DNA of 64,000 bases from Proteromonas lacertae (lineage: Eukaryota): contig NGBS01000327.1 in NCBI GenBank assembly GCA_002245135.1, positions 1 to 64,000 of the forward strand. Reading direction: 5' to 3'. Numbering within the stretch: position 1 is the stretch's first letter; every line of letters starts with the position of its first letter. Below are positions 10,577-23,805 of this stretch, in pieces. Position numbers and translations under genes: made by a program. Below the pieces are notes generated by a model that had not been told where the DNA came from, searched no databases, and saw only the letters and a list, made by a program, of their open reading frames with translations.

Positions 10577-12935
10577 CAGTCAAACCTGTATAACTTGAAG
10601 TAATATAACTCGAATAATTTACATTTTTATTTTATTATATGATTTTATTTTTTTGTTATTTTTACATGTTCTAATCTTTTATAAATTACTATTACTATAA
10701 TATATTCTATCTATATTATTCTGAGGGTCATGATCTTCTTAAATGTCTCTCTGTTTGAAATTACTATATTTTCTTATTCTATATCAAAAGATTAGTAAAT
10801 AAATAAACCATTACAAGAAATACTATTCATAAATTCTTCTTGCTATGATTTATTTTCTATAAAAATGAGACTATAAAACGAATATTATTTTGAAACATAT
10901 TTTGATTTTACTAATTCTAACTAATCTTAATGACTTAACTAATTTTATTTGTATATTTCTAGTTGAAATAGATTAATTTAATTTTTTGATTAATATTGAG
11001 ATAGATTGAAATGAATTATGTTGAATCAATCACTTAGAGTATATAAAGATTAATAATTCATCACTTTATTAATATCTAATCACTTATATCCATAATATAT
11101 CATTTTTATATCCATAATTTATCACTTAGTAAAAAGTGATTAATCAAGTGATTGATTTCATTTAATAAATTCTTAACATGTTGAACAATTCAAAAAAAAG
11201 AAGTGGTACTCAATTACCCTTACACACTAAAGCCATGTTGCTTAGACAATTAGAAGCTAAGCGTATAACAAGGTAGGAAATATGTCAAAAATACTCAGTA
11301 AAACAATCAACTATATCTACATGGCTTATGAATAAGGATAAAATCATGAAATTTGAAGGTAATAATAATCATTAAGTTGTTATAAATAGATAAAGATGAT
11401 AATATATTTAGAGAGAGAAAATCAAAGTATCCAGAGCTGGAAAGAAAATTATTGAATTGGTATAACTCAGCAATATCAAAAATATATATAACTCACATCC
11501 CAATCACAGAGTCAATTTTATTATACAAACTCAATCAATTATCAGAGAAGAAGTTCCATATCTCATATGTTCAAAATTTAATGAAACGTAACAAACTGAG
11601 TAGCGTAAATCTTCATGGTGAAGCGTCATCATGCCCAAATGTTAATATTAGTAATGTCCGTAAGATTATTTCTTCTTATAAACCTATGTTCGTATTTAAC
11701 ATGGATGAAAGTGGTTTATATTACTCACAATTGCCTAGAAAATGTGTAATTGACAACCATGAAAAGAAGAACTTCAAAGGATTCAAAATAGCAAAGTCAC
11801 GTATTTCAATCGCAATTACAGTAAATATGGATAATTCAATTAAAGTACCAATTCTTTATATTGGAAAATCACAAAAACCTTTATGCTTTAATGAAAAACC
11901 TAACAATTACATTAATCAATCCAATGCTTGGATGGATAATAGAGTTTTTAAATACTATATGGATAATATTTTTCTTCCCTCAGTCAAAGATATTATTAAA
12001 AACAACAAAGTACTTTTGGTGATGGATAATTGTGCATCTCATCCTAGATCATTAATTGGAGCAGAATATGATAACATTCAACTACTTTTCCTTCCGCCTA
12101 ACTGCACAAGTCGTTATCAACCATTAGATATGGGAATTATTAACAAAATAAAAAGTAATTATAAAACTGAAATTTTAAAGAAATGTGTAGGAAATATTGA
12201 AAACTTTGAATTAATAAAGAATATTCAAATTGAAAACAGCAAAGGAAAAGGTGGTATAGCTTTATGTAAGCAACCGAATATAGCAGATGCTTAAAAAAAC
12301 AACAGTTATTAAATGTTGGTTGAAATCTTCATTACCATCTGAAGAACAAATAAAAGAATTAAATTCCATATTACAATCAGAAAATTGTAATATGAATGTT
12401 GATGATGATGAAGAAAGTCAATGCGAATTAAGCCAAATAATTGGTAAAGTAAATGATATTATTATAGAAGATGGAAATACAAATTCATTTATAAATGCAA
12501 CTTCTCTTTTTAGTACAAAATCTATAAGTGAGTTGTACCCATTTTATAGCTTTGAAAATGAAGATGGTTTTAAAGTAGAAGTTGTTGATAATGTAATTCA
12601 AGAAAATAGTAAAGAAGATTCAAATAATGCAACCTGCAAAACCAAAAGAAGAATTGATAATATGTCTAATGAAATAAATAAAACTAAAAAAAGCAAGATT
12701 AACAACATCTTCGAATAATCTTTAAAACACTTATAAAATCTCTTTGTATATCAATTATTTTTAGTGTATTTAGTATATTTATTCAAATGTATAAAATAGT
12801 AAATTATTATCATTTTGTTTCAACATTTTATTTGATTATAACTCATTTTTCAAATAAACAAGAAGCAAAAAATATAACTCGAATTTTTGTCCGTTTCTTG
12901 AAAATGAAGGGGTTTGAGTTATACAGGTTTGACTG
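10577..12935 (+). mobile_element. pogo/Tigger-like (Tc1/mariner superfamily) DNA transposon, nested
   Basis: Perfect 19-bp TIRs CAGTCAAACCTGTATAACT, TA duplication at 10575-76 and 12936-37, subterminal AATATAACTCGAAT copies at about 10602 and 12871. Confidence 0.95.
11178..12718 (+). pseudogene. pogo/CENP-B-like DDE transposase, degraded
   Basis: HTH (EICQKYSVKQSTISTWL) with an in-frame TAG, FNMDESGLY, NAWMD, LVMDNCASH, LPPNCTSRYQPLDMGII; further breaks near 11370 and 12290. Confidence 0.9.
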
Positions 12936-14954
12936 TATCTCGAAAACTTTTCTTTTCAATTGCATGGAATGAGATACTATTGCAATTATGAATCTAATAA
13001 TTCTCATATTCAACTCTTGTTCATTAATTTGTTCTACAACAGCTAAGTTAGTTTGTACCAATTTATTTTTGCATCTAGAATAAAATAAATATACTATACT
13101 TAGCCAAATGTCTCTTCAAGTGTGTTGAATGTTTAATAATGTATTCTTTGCAACGTTTACACATTACTCTGGTAGACTTTTCATTGTTGTATCTTTTTTC
13201 TTTTGTTAAATCGTAATAGCTGTATATTGCGCTTCTAGGTTTAGCTGGCATTGAAATGCAAATGTTTGATAAAATCAAGCTTTTGTTTTGTTTTGTTTTA
13301 ATTGAACTTAAACACAGAGGTTTATATATTAAAAAAAACACAGTATAGATAATATACATCAAAATTAGTACAAATAATTAAAAATAATAAGAGGACAGAG
13401 TTGAGGGACAATAAGAGGACTGTAGGGAATTTTGAAAAGTTTCAGCGATAGAAAAAGGACATAATAAGGGACAGATTAACAAAGGACATCCTTTGCAAAA
13501 GTCAGGAATGGATTAAGATCAATTTGTTGCAGATCATTAGAAAATGAAAATTATCCATTTATAGAAATGAAATGTTTAGCATGGACAAATGAAGAATTGA
13601 AATATTATTTGGATTATTGTATTAAAAAGAAAAGAAGAGAATGTTTTAGAAAATATGATTTATCGAGTAATATTATTATAATATTAATTTTGTAATGAAA
13701 TAGATATGAATTTGAATGATTCTCACATTTCATTAATTAAACAGATTAATTATAAAACACTTGATTTATCAAATAATAAATTAAGTTATAATGGATTTAA
13801 AGAATTGATGCATCGTCAAACAAGAGGTGTATGGAGTATAATAATATTTAAAAATGAGATTGGAAAAGAAGGGATGAAGATAATATGTAAATATTTAAAT
13901 ATATTTGTTGTTGTTGAAAACTTACAGAGTGATATAAAATCATTGAATATTTCAAGTATTATATGAAATGACTTTTAATTTTGAATAGATATTGCGATGA
14001 GCGAAAGAGGATTAAGATTGTTAATAGAAAAATTAAAAGATTATACTCCATTAGAGAAAATAGACATATCAGGAAATAAATTAAATGAAGAAGGATTAAG
14101 ATTAATGAATGTAAATAAAGAAGTATTTGACTATTTAGAAGAATTGTCAATAACAGTAAAAGAGAATATAGATAAATCCGTATTAAAATCATTTTTATAC
14201 ACATTTTCGACAATTGAAACAATCAACTTAGATGGCATATCAGAAGTAGAAAAGAAAGAATTATCTCAAGAATTCTTCTACATTATGTAATAAATTTCAT
14301 TATTATTCTTATAATTTCTCATTCATTCATTTACTTTGTGTTAATCAAAAATGACTATATTCAGAAATGTGAAAACATTTAGATGTCAATGTCATAAATA
14401 AGTAAATTCATAACTTTGGAAGTTTAAAGTTTATGAGTAAACGAAAGGCTAGAATACATTTCCTATTCATTGTAACCTGTCTATGCCATAATAAAGTATG
14501 TAGAACAGTCGATTGTGTAGTAGAGATAATATTGAATGTGATGAATGTTGTAAAAACTGTAAAGAAAAATACACTCCTTTACAACAATACAATTTTGTTC
14601 ATATTCTTTCAATATTTATTATTATTCAACTATTATACACATCAGTTAAACAACCAATATATAAAGCAGAGATAAGTAGAAAAAACGTTTATAAAGAGTT
14701 GCTCATGAGAGAGAGGTATAATTCCAACTAAATAAAATGAAAAAGAAATGATTTATTAACGAAATTTTACTTCTCATCTCTTTCTACATCATAACAATAA
14801 TTACTTTCAAATTTATTTTGATCAAGCATTTAGCTTGATAATTCTTTTTGATTGATTTGATTGGCTATTCTCTCAATCAATTGAATTATTCATAGCTCGT
14901 TTATTCGGTATTTTCATCTCGTTTATATATATAATTTATTTTATAGAAAGTGAT

Positions 14955-17900
14955 ATGAGTAGTACTGTAAGTAAAGATAAAATGGTCAGAAAATCAAGCG
15001 TTGTGTTAGATTTTGATAATAATAAAAGAATGAAATTAGAAGAAGATAATTTTGTGAAGATAATGAACAGCTTGGTAGATGATGATAAAGATTTTTTAAG
15101 ATTTACAGATGATAGTGTTAATGTTTTTCAATTTCCCAAAAGAATGATTTTGAAGAGATCGTGTTACTTACAAATGTATAAAGATATTATCAAATTAATG
15201 AAGAGTTATGACTCTCCAACGATTATTATAAGTGGACAACCTGGTATAGGTAAAACTAGTTTTTTGTATTACCTATTACATTGTTTAAAGAGTGATGATA
15301 GTTACAGATATATGGATGAAAGTAAAACAATAAAAAGAGTAATTAATGGTATTTACGTGGTAAAAGGAAAGAAAAATGGTAATGAATATGATAATCAAGT
15401 ATATAAACTAGAAAAAGACAAAGTATCTATTATTAAAAATGACCTGGCGAATGTTACAGAATCAATAATAATAGTAGATACATTTAGTGATGAATATAAA
15501 CCAAATAATATTGTTATATCAATAAGTTCACCCGATGAGGACAACACAAAAGAATTCCAAAATAGAAACGATAAAACTAAATTATATTTCGAGACATTAA
15601 GTTATGAAGAAGTAGAAAAATGGTTTGATAAATGTATAGATATTGACAGAGATGCAGAATTTAAAGAAATATGTGAAGCTTATGGTAATATTCCAAGACA
15701 AGTTTACTTCCATCATTTATATAAAGAGAATTATGGTAATAATAGAAATTATTGGAAATATTATCAGAAGTTAATAGATGGAGTTGTAGGTACAATTGGT
15801 TACAATAATTTTGTTGGTAATTATATGGAACAAAAAAGATTAATCGAAAATAATGGATTATTGAATATAATATTAAAATATGATTATAAAGAAGAAATGA
15901 ATGCTTATTTAGGTCATAAAGTATTAGTACCAAAAGATCATTTAAAATTCATATCTGAGAAGGTTGAAAAATACATAGTGTATAAATTCTATCCACCTAA
16001 AAATAAATCTGAATATGAAGAATTATGCAAATATTATAAAGAAATTAAGAACGATGATAAAGAAATGAAAAGAGTTGCTATGAAACAAATGATATCATAT
16101 GAATTAAGCATGGAAAAAATAAAATTGAATGCAAGAGGAGATAAGAATTTTCAGTTGAATTATGAAAAGCCAATCTTAGTTCATCATCCTGAAGGTGCTA
16201 AACATTTTATTTATTTAATATTGGATGAAAATAATTATTTTGATCTAATAATGAATGGGATATTTATAAAGATATTCTTAGATGGTGAGAAATTAGAAAC
16301 TGATGAAACAAGAATAAAAGAATCAATCAAAGTATAAATAGTCTATATTTATGTAATATAATGTAATAGGAATATAATAAAAGTGAAAAATGCAAATATA
16401 AGTATTGTGGTTTAAATGAAAATCGAGAAGTAGAAGTAAATGAAGTAAAAGTAGAAGAAGAAAGAGGAAGAGAGGAAGAAGAATTAGAAGTGATTAAAAG
16501 AAAAGAAGCATCTGAGAATCCATCATCTGCACTATGTAAACTACCAGCAGAAAAAGATTTTGAAGTATTTGCCGATATAGATGCTCGACGTTTTTATTTA
16601 ATGAGAAAATGTTATTATCGAATTTTGAATGAAATTTATCCTGAAGGTATGAAGCTAGATTACAATCATCAAAAGAACTATTTAATATTTGGCCAAGCTG
16701 GAATAGGAAAATCAATATTAGCGAAAGTTATAAAAGAATATATTCATGAAAAAAGGAATGGAGAAATTAGAATAATACATATAAATAAAAAAGGAAAGAG
16801 AATAGAAGGTTATAATGAAGATAAACTAGACAAAGATTATATATTAATTTGTGATGGAGGTTTAATAGGAGAAGATGATTATGGTGATGCAAAAATGATA
16901 ATACTATTAGCTGATCCATCTGATAAAAAGTATAAAACATTTCAGAGTAAGAGATGTCCTCTGGTGATGTATATACCTCCATTTACAAAAGAAGAAATCG
17001 AAGAAGTAATAATTCTAGAAAATCCCCACAATATTAAAAAAACACAAAATGCAAATCATTTTATTAATAAATCTGAATTAACAGAAAGTTCAGCAGCATT
17101 ATCTGGAGATATAGATGGTTATAAAAGAAGAATAGAATTATATAGAAAGAATTACGAATATTATGGAGGTGTAATTGGAAATAAAGAATGTGATGAAAAA
17201 ATGATTAAAGAAGAACTTACTAAAATGAAGAAAGATAATAAACTAGAAGACATAATTAATGGAATTAATGTATGTTCTCTTTCGAAAGGTTATAATAATA
17301 AAATATTAATATATGAAACATGTGAAGATGTTACTGAATCGAATCATTTGACATTTATATCTGAAACAATTCGACAAATGTCCAAAAAAATATTATTCAA
17401 AATTACTTCCAAAGAAGAATGTAAAGATATGATGAATATTTTATTTAGTTCTACAAATGGAAGTATAAAAGGATGTATATATGAGAATGTAATGATCTAT
17501 GTACTTAAAAACAATGAAATATTTAGAGAAAAAGTAATAAAAGATATGTGTAATTCAAATGAAGATTTAAAAGAATTAATTATAGATAATATATATAAAA
17601 ATATAAAACCTAGAATGACAAAAATCAGGATAAGAAATGATTTTGACAATATAGATAAAAATGTTAAAGTAGTGAATGTTAAAGATGATGTTGATTTAGA
17701 TACAAGAATAAAAAGAAAAGAAATGAATATTTTCGATCTAAGTTATGATGGAGGTTTTCCTGACGTAGATGCATTGATTGGTCCTATCGGCATTCAAATT
17801 ACAGTAAGTGAGAGACATGAATTATCACCCGAAATGGTTGTTATTTTAAAGAAGTTATTTAAAAAGTATAAAGGTAATAGATATAATCGTATTGGTTTAT

Positions 17901-18127
17901 TCTATGTAAGTCCACAAGAAAATGTTTCTATAAATACAAAGAAAGGTAGAGATGTAGATGCATTTCCATTATGTTTTAAAAATGTTCTTGATAAAGATAG
18001 AAATGAAATCAAAAAATTCAAAGAAAAAGAAATAAAAGAATTAATCGATGAAGCAAAAAGTGCAAGAAAAACAATATTTATATCATATTCAGAATTATTA
18101 ACGTATGTTCATAATTTGAAAGATTAA
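14955..18127 (+). CDS. Crinkler/RHS-type protein with two P-loop NTPase units and a C-terminal restriction-endonuclease-fold domain (2 exons)
   Basis: GQPGIGKT and GQAGIGKS Walker A motifs, SSPD/ADPS sensor regions, C-terminal FPDVDA...IQITVSERH. GT-AG intron 16332-16369 joins the two ORFs in frame. Confidence 0.72.
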
Positions 18128-18386
18128 TTAAGTATAAAACAATTGATTAATATTATTATTATAAACTGTTAATCATATGTTTCTTTTACTTCATTCAAAA
18201 AAGCATTAAAAATAGATTCTTTAGTTTTATAGCCAAACGAAAAAGATGAGTTTCATATTCTTAAATATAATATGTCATTTTGAAAGTGAAGGGACAAAAA
18301 TAGGACAAAAGGAGAAAGTGATTTCCTTTACCTAACCCAGATTATTACTAAAATAAGAAACAGTATATAAATATATCAATTCTTCT

Positions 18387-19650
18387 TTAAATAGAAATAT
18401 CTTCATCGATACTCTGGTTTACACAACCTAAATATGATTTATAATATCCATCAACTGATAATTCATCTATAGCTCCATTATTCCATATCAAATCAAAACC
18501 ACCTATCTGTAATTCATCTCCACTTCTCTGATTTTCTAAATCAATTATATTAAATACATCTTCAAGTAAAGCTGTTTTCATTTGTTTATCTGATTCTGAA
18601 CTAATCACCATAGAAGGCATAGCATTTACTTCTAATAACCAAGGTGTTAATGTATCATCAAATAATATATCATATCCATATAATTCAAAACAATGTTTAT
18701 CTTGAATCATCACATTCTCTACACTAAATAGAGATTTTAATATCACACTTTGAATATCACTAAATAACATTTCGGTTCTTTCTTTTCCTATTTTCGTTAA
18801 TAAGTATATTCTTAATGATTTTAAACCCCACTTACTGTGATTATTATTATTATCATAATCATCTGTGTGTTTTTGAATTGATACATTTGTTAAATGAATA
18901 TATATATTTTCTATATCTTTTGGATCTGAACTATATCTTGAATTAGTAAAACGACAAAATCCAGTAAATATAAGATTAAAGAAACATTAATTAAAATATT
19001 ATTGATTTAAAAAAGATATCTTCTATATAACCATACTTGCAATGGAGTATAAGATGTTACTAAACAATATATTCTCATATCAAATTTCTTTCCACCTATT
19101 AAATAAGGATTTTGAATATATTTTTGAACTAAATAAGCATCACTTCCTTCTTCATATCCTTTCTTCCATTCACTAATATCAGATGGTTTTGTTATTATAA
19201 ATATACCTTTACCTTGAGATTTACCCACCGGTTTCATTATCCATAATCCTTTCTCTTTCTTAAATTCTTCTACAAACATACTATATTCAGCTGGTAGAGT
19301 GTAAGAAACTGGACAAAAACTATATTCTCTCAGCTTATTTGGCTCATTACTTCTTCGATATTGAATCTTTATCTTATTCACATTTTTTATAAGAAGGTCT
19401 TTTCGAGTTAACTCATAGAAATTTCGAAAATGGTTTACTTTCTGATTATCTCGAAATCGAATTCCATCAAAATCACTTGTGACCCAATTCTTATCTGCCC
19501 ACATTATATCCCAACCTTCTTCTGTCTCACTTTCTTTCCAACTATTTCTTTTAGTCATCACATCATGCACAGCGTTTTTTACTAAACACTTAAATGTAAT
19601 CGTATTGTTTCTATTCAATTATAATCATCACTATACTTTCTTTTTATCAT
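18387..19650 (-). CDS. TTLL9: Tubulin polyglutamylase, TTLL9-like
   Basis: VNHFRNFYELTRKDLL, WIMKPVGKSQGKGIF, KKFDMRIY, GFCRF, IHLTNVSIQK, CFELYGYDIL, WLLEVNAMPS. Needs AT-AC intron 18964-19019 and a short 5' GT-AG intron. Confidence 0.85.
18964..19019 (-). other. U12-type AT-AC intron (56 nt)
   Basis: Starts ATATCTTTTT, branch-like TTTCTTTAAT, ends TTTAC. Removal gives the conserved WLYRSGFCRF. Confidence 0.88.
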
Positions 19651-19765
19651 TTTAAAAAATCAAAAACGAATATTTTTTGTGAAACGAATACTTTTTTCAT
19701 ATTTCAATAAAACACACATATTTAGATATATATAACTTAGAAAGTATATATATTTATCATTGTTT

Positions 19766-22022
19766 TTATTCAGAAGAGAAATTTGGTTCTTTCAACACTC
19801 GATATATTCTCACTATCCAATGTTCACTTGTTAAAGCCTCTTCCAAATGATGCAATTTTATATCTTTTATTCCAATTTCACTGTTTCTTGCTCGATCATA
19901 TCCTTGACTTATTTCAGCAAATCGATAATAACTTAATTTATACATCAAACAATTCTTCATCACATCAGTTGCACTATTATCTACTACATATTGATGACTT
20001 GAACTATAATAATTATCTTCTTGGATTTCATCAGGATATACACCTGCACCTATTCGAACCATCCATAAGAATTTATTTATATCATCTCCTGAATAACCAC
20101 TTAAACCACCAAATATTATTAATACATAATCTACATCTAAAGATTTCATTATTGGATAAGCATCATCTTCACTGGAAGCAAATGCTCGACCTACGGTAGC
20201 TATGTGAGTATTATTCCAAGTATTATTATCAACTAACACTGTTCGATTAGCTATAGCTGTTATTTGATAACCATAATCCCACCAACTCATTATCTTTGCA
20301 TCATCTTTTGTATTCATTCTTAACCAATAATATGCTTCACGGAAATCATCAAATATTCTTTTATTTTCACCTCCTCCTGCAGCTAACACGATTGATGGAC
20401 TTGAATAAGCACTTGCAGTTACCCAAACACTATGTAATCCAAAATTACATAGAATAAAACTCATAAATATTATTACACCTATTGATATTGTCTTTTGATG
20501 AGGAATTTCTTCATTTTCATTATTCTTTTTCTTATTATTGTTGTTATTATCTTCATTATTATTATCATTATATAATACAATACTCATAAACTTTGTCATT
20601 ATTTCACTTACATATATTCCTCCTAAAATACAAGCAATTGGAGATAATACTAACATTAATCGAACCATTACACCACTAAAGTATATTGTTGTTAAAGCAT
20701 AAGTTATTAAGAAGATTTTACCTTCATTGTTACTCTTAAAACATAAATATAAACCACTTGGAATAAAGAATACTAAAATATGTAAATCAAAGAAATAACT
20801 TGACCAACTGGTAGGTTGATGTTCTGATACGGAAGCAATTATTGGAATATGAGCTTTGGCATAAGTTGGATCTAATAAACTATAAAATCTTCCAGTCCAA
20901 GGAGCTAAGAATCCAGTAATATTCATTATTATAAATGCTATACCAACTATTGAAACTGCAAATACAACGATGGATTTACACAATATTATAAAGTCTTCTT
21001 TACTTACTAATCCTTTTATATAATCAACAAATGCATAGATTTGAATTATACCAAATACACCTAATGCACCAAGACATTCACTACTATAAATTGGTTGAAA
21101 TCCAACAAAGGATATTTGCATCGATAATAAAGTACCTAATGCATAAAATGAAGAATATGTTATATATAATCGTTTACTATATCTTCCACATATTAATAGG
21201 AATAAAACATGTAATGGAATTATATTCATTATAAACACATATCCACCCCAGGCACTTACCATATAGAAATACCATAATGCTGTTATTAATGAATATATTA
21301 AACTACCATTATTCAACGCTTTTATCCAATAATAGAAAGTTATTATTAATGCAAAGATTGCTACACCTTCATTATCATAACTACCAGCTACTGAACGAGA
21401 TATATAACCAGGCACCATTCCCACAAATGCAGCTGCTAATAATCCACTACTTTCAGCTTTTCTTTTATTTTCTTCTTCATCTTCCACTGAAGATTTGTTT
21501 GAAGATTTTGTTATATTTTTTCCTAACATCACTTCTCTGGTTAATAAATATGTCACAATTGCTGTATTAGAAGCCATCCATGGTGCTAGAAATACACAGA
21601 TATTTCTGATATTCATTGTTATATTCAATAAATTCACTAAATAGTATAACACAGCTGCTGTTGCCATTAAACCAGGATATATTGTTCCACCAATAATACG
21701 ACCTAATGGATACCATGCATGATCATCAAACCAATTGTGAAAATTGTAAAAACCTTCATTAGTAAGAAACTTAGTTGTTCGAAAATTGAAATATGGATCA
21801 AACTCATGAATTACACTTTCAAATCTTAAAACTGCAAATAATCTCATCATAAATGCTATAACAATAATAGTATGAATTTATAGATATACCCATGATGTAA
21901 ATTAAACCTAAAATAGCATATCTTAATACCCTCTCTTGGTCTTCAACTGCTATGCATGACAATCTCTTTTTTAAAGAGGAAACTTTATCAATTTCAACTC
22001 CTTGAGGTTTTGTTTTAGCCAT
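19766..22022 (-). CDS. STT3: Oligosaccharyltransferase catalytic subunit STT3
   Basis: [40 protein letters not shown] motifs; one short GT-AG intron near 21860-21890. Confidence 0.97.
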
Positions 22023-22198
22023 CTACAATCTATTAACATAAAAATAATAGAAAAAAGAATAACAAATATAAATGAAATATAAAATCCATTATAATCAATC
22101 ATATAATAGGTATATACTCTATAAAATGCTAAAAAATGAAATGAAGGTTTGAAGCTTGATTGAGGTTTGATAAAAAAAAGAATTTTCATTGTTTTATA

Positions 22199-23657
22199 AT
22201 GAATAAGAAGAGATACAAACCAAACAAACACAAAAATAGAAATAATGAGCCATCTGCAGCATTTTTAGAAGCATTAGAAGAACAGAGAAGACATCAGAGT
22301 GAATCAATAGAAACAAAGACTATACAGATTCAAACAGATGATAATTATATTTATGACAAAAATACAAACAGATATTACAAAAAAAACAAAAAAGTATTAA
22401 AGTTGATTGATAATTATGTTTAGGCAAATTCTATTGTTCCAAACATATTAAACAGATGTAATTTTGAAAAAACAAAATCATTCTTTAACCGTATATGTCT
22501 GATTATGATATTCAATTATAGATTTTGATGATTTTTACTTTGATTCATCTACTTTATTGCCCAATTATTATAATATTAAGACATTTCATTCATTGTTCTT
22601 TAGAAGATTAGATAATTTGCATAGAAACGATTGTAATATAAGCAAAAATGTGATTGTATATATTTTTTGCATTTTTATTTTTTATTTAGATGAATAAATT
22701 CTCTCACAGTTATATCGAAGTTGATAATAATCCTCTGATGAAATCATATAAATATTTATTAGGCAATGATGGTATCTATGAAAAAGAAGTGATTACTAAG
22801 ATAGAAGAAGTTCAAGTAGATTGTGTATAATTATTATAATATTATTATAATAAATAGAAATATGATAGTAGATGTTTCAGTAGTAAAAACTCAATTTTGT
22901 GTTTTATAAACACATTGAGTGGATATATAGTGTTATAGTATATAAATATATATATATATAATGAAATAATTTTTATATATAATATAGTGATGTGAAGAAT
23001 AAGAATTATTATTTAATTAATGATGATAATAACAAATACATATATTCATTTACTTTCAATAGAGATGAAAATATAAACTCTTTTGTATATGGAAGTGAGC
23101 ATGAATTATTTTATAATGTAATGAAAGAAGATGGTGTAATTATGAACAAGAAGATCAGCGAATCAAAATATGCAATTAATTCAACATATTTGGATAATAA
23201 TATCTTAATATTTAGTAATCAAAATGGTGATTTATTTTTAAGAGATATTAGGATGAATAAATCTAATTTCATATTTAATATGAAAGTGCCAATATGTTGT
23301 ATTAATGAATATAATAATTATATGATATTAAACGGATATAATAACAAGTTATTACTGTATGATATTAGAATGAATAACAAAAAAGATGGAGTGTTATATT
23401 ATCCAAATTATCATAATATCTGTAAGAATATTGAGAGTTTAAAATTGGATGAGTTATTAATTAGTGGTAATGATGATGGTAGAATAAGGTGTTGGAGTAT
23501 ATTGACTGGAACTCAAATGTATGAGTCTGAGAAAATTGACGATATTGTGTATTCTATTGAATATAAAAGAAATGATAATTTTTGTAAAAATATACCATAT
23601 CTGCATGGATTAATAAAGACTGATAAAAATAGTTTTATATTTAACTCTAATTTTTGA
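22199..23657 (+). CDS. WD40-repeat protein (possibly DCAF4/WDR21-like), multi-exon
   Basis: YIYDKNTNRYYK N-terminal motif; WD-like repeats LRDIR, LYDIR, SGNDDGRIRCWS; several short GT-AG introns. Confidence 0.6.
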
Positions 23658-23805
23658 TTATAGTAGTTTGTTGTTATGTATTTGTTTGTATTTATGTGTG
23701 TTGATGATAAAAAAACGTTTAGAGATAATAAAAACATTTCTAAGTCGAGAAATTAAGGTGAAAAGCAAAACAAAAAACGAATATATTTATGGATATATTA
23801 TTTTT

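Larger units (their letters stand above)
9262..13251 (-). pseudogene. hAT transposase, interrupted by pogo element and a 1-nt frameshift
   Basis: BED finger (CKRC...HLKRHL), short intron, then TLVVDEYKD, MTDNC, CTAH, TRWSS and SYIERSFS motifs. Frame SFRD|IVAPTK rejoins when 10577-12937 is removed. Confidence 0.85.
9015..13505 (-). mobile_element. hAT-like DNA transposon (BED finger + DDE/DUF659-type + dimerisation domain)
   Basis: Imperfect inverted ends ctgacttaggcaa (9019) / ttgcaaaagtcag (to 13505), GGAC subterminal repeats, GAAT on both flanks. Removal restores host LRR ITLNGNNIRMNGLRSI. Confidence 0.8.
6480..14290 (+). pseudogene. Divergent (pseudo)kinase fused to RNI-like leucine-rich repeats, disrupted by transposon insertion
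   Basis: Kinase-like SPEELKG...VIWSIGCILYEM with degenerate catalytic loop (ISNLKSSN) and DLF for DFG. LRRs such as LELDGNEIGDMG across GT-AG introns. In-frame TAG at 8862-8864. Reading frame rejoins across 9015-13509. 5' boundary approximate. Confidence 0.75.

Noticed and set aside
8862..11276. In-frame TAG codons as sign of stop-codon reassignment
   Set aside because: They occur only in disrupted genes, and other genes here (hAT transposase, PCI-like, 43667 ORF) appear to end in TAG.
14433..14731. Small Cys-rich ORFs
   Set aside because: No consistent gene model or recognisable motif.
18288..18315. GGGACAAAAATAGGACAAAAGG resembling hAT subterminal GGAC repeats
   Set aside because: Too short; no TIR or TSD found.
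19783..21570. Antisense ORFs over STT3 (and similar shadows over other genes)
   Set aside because: Low-complexity translations expected opposite real AT-rich coding sequence.
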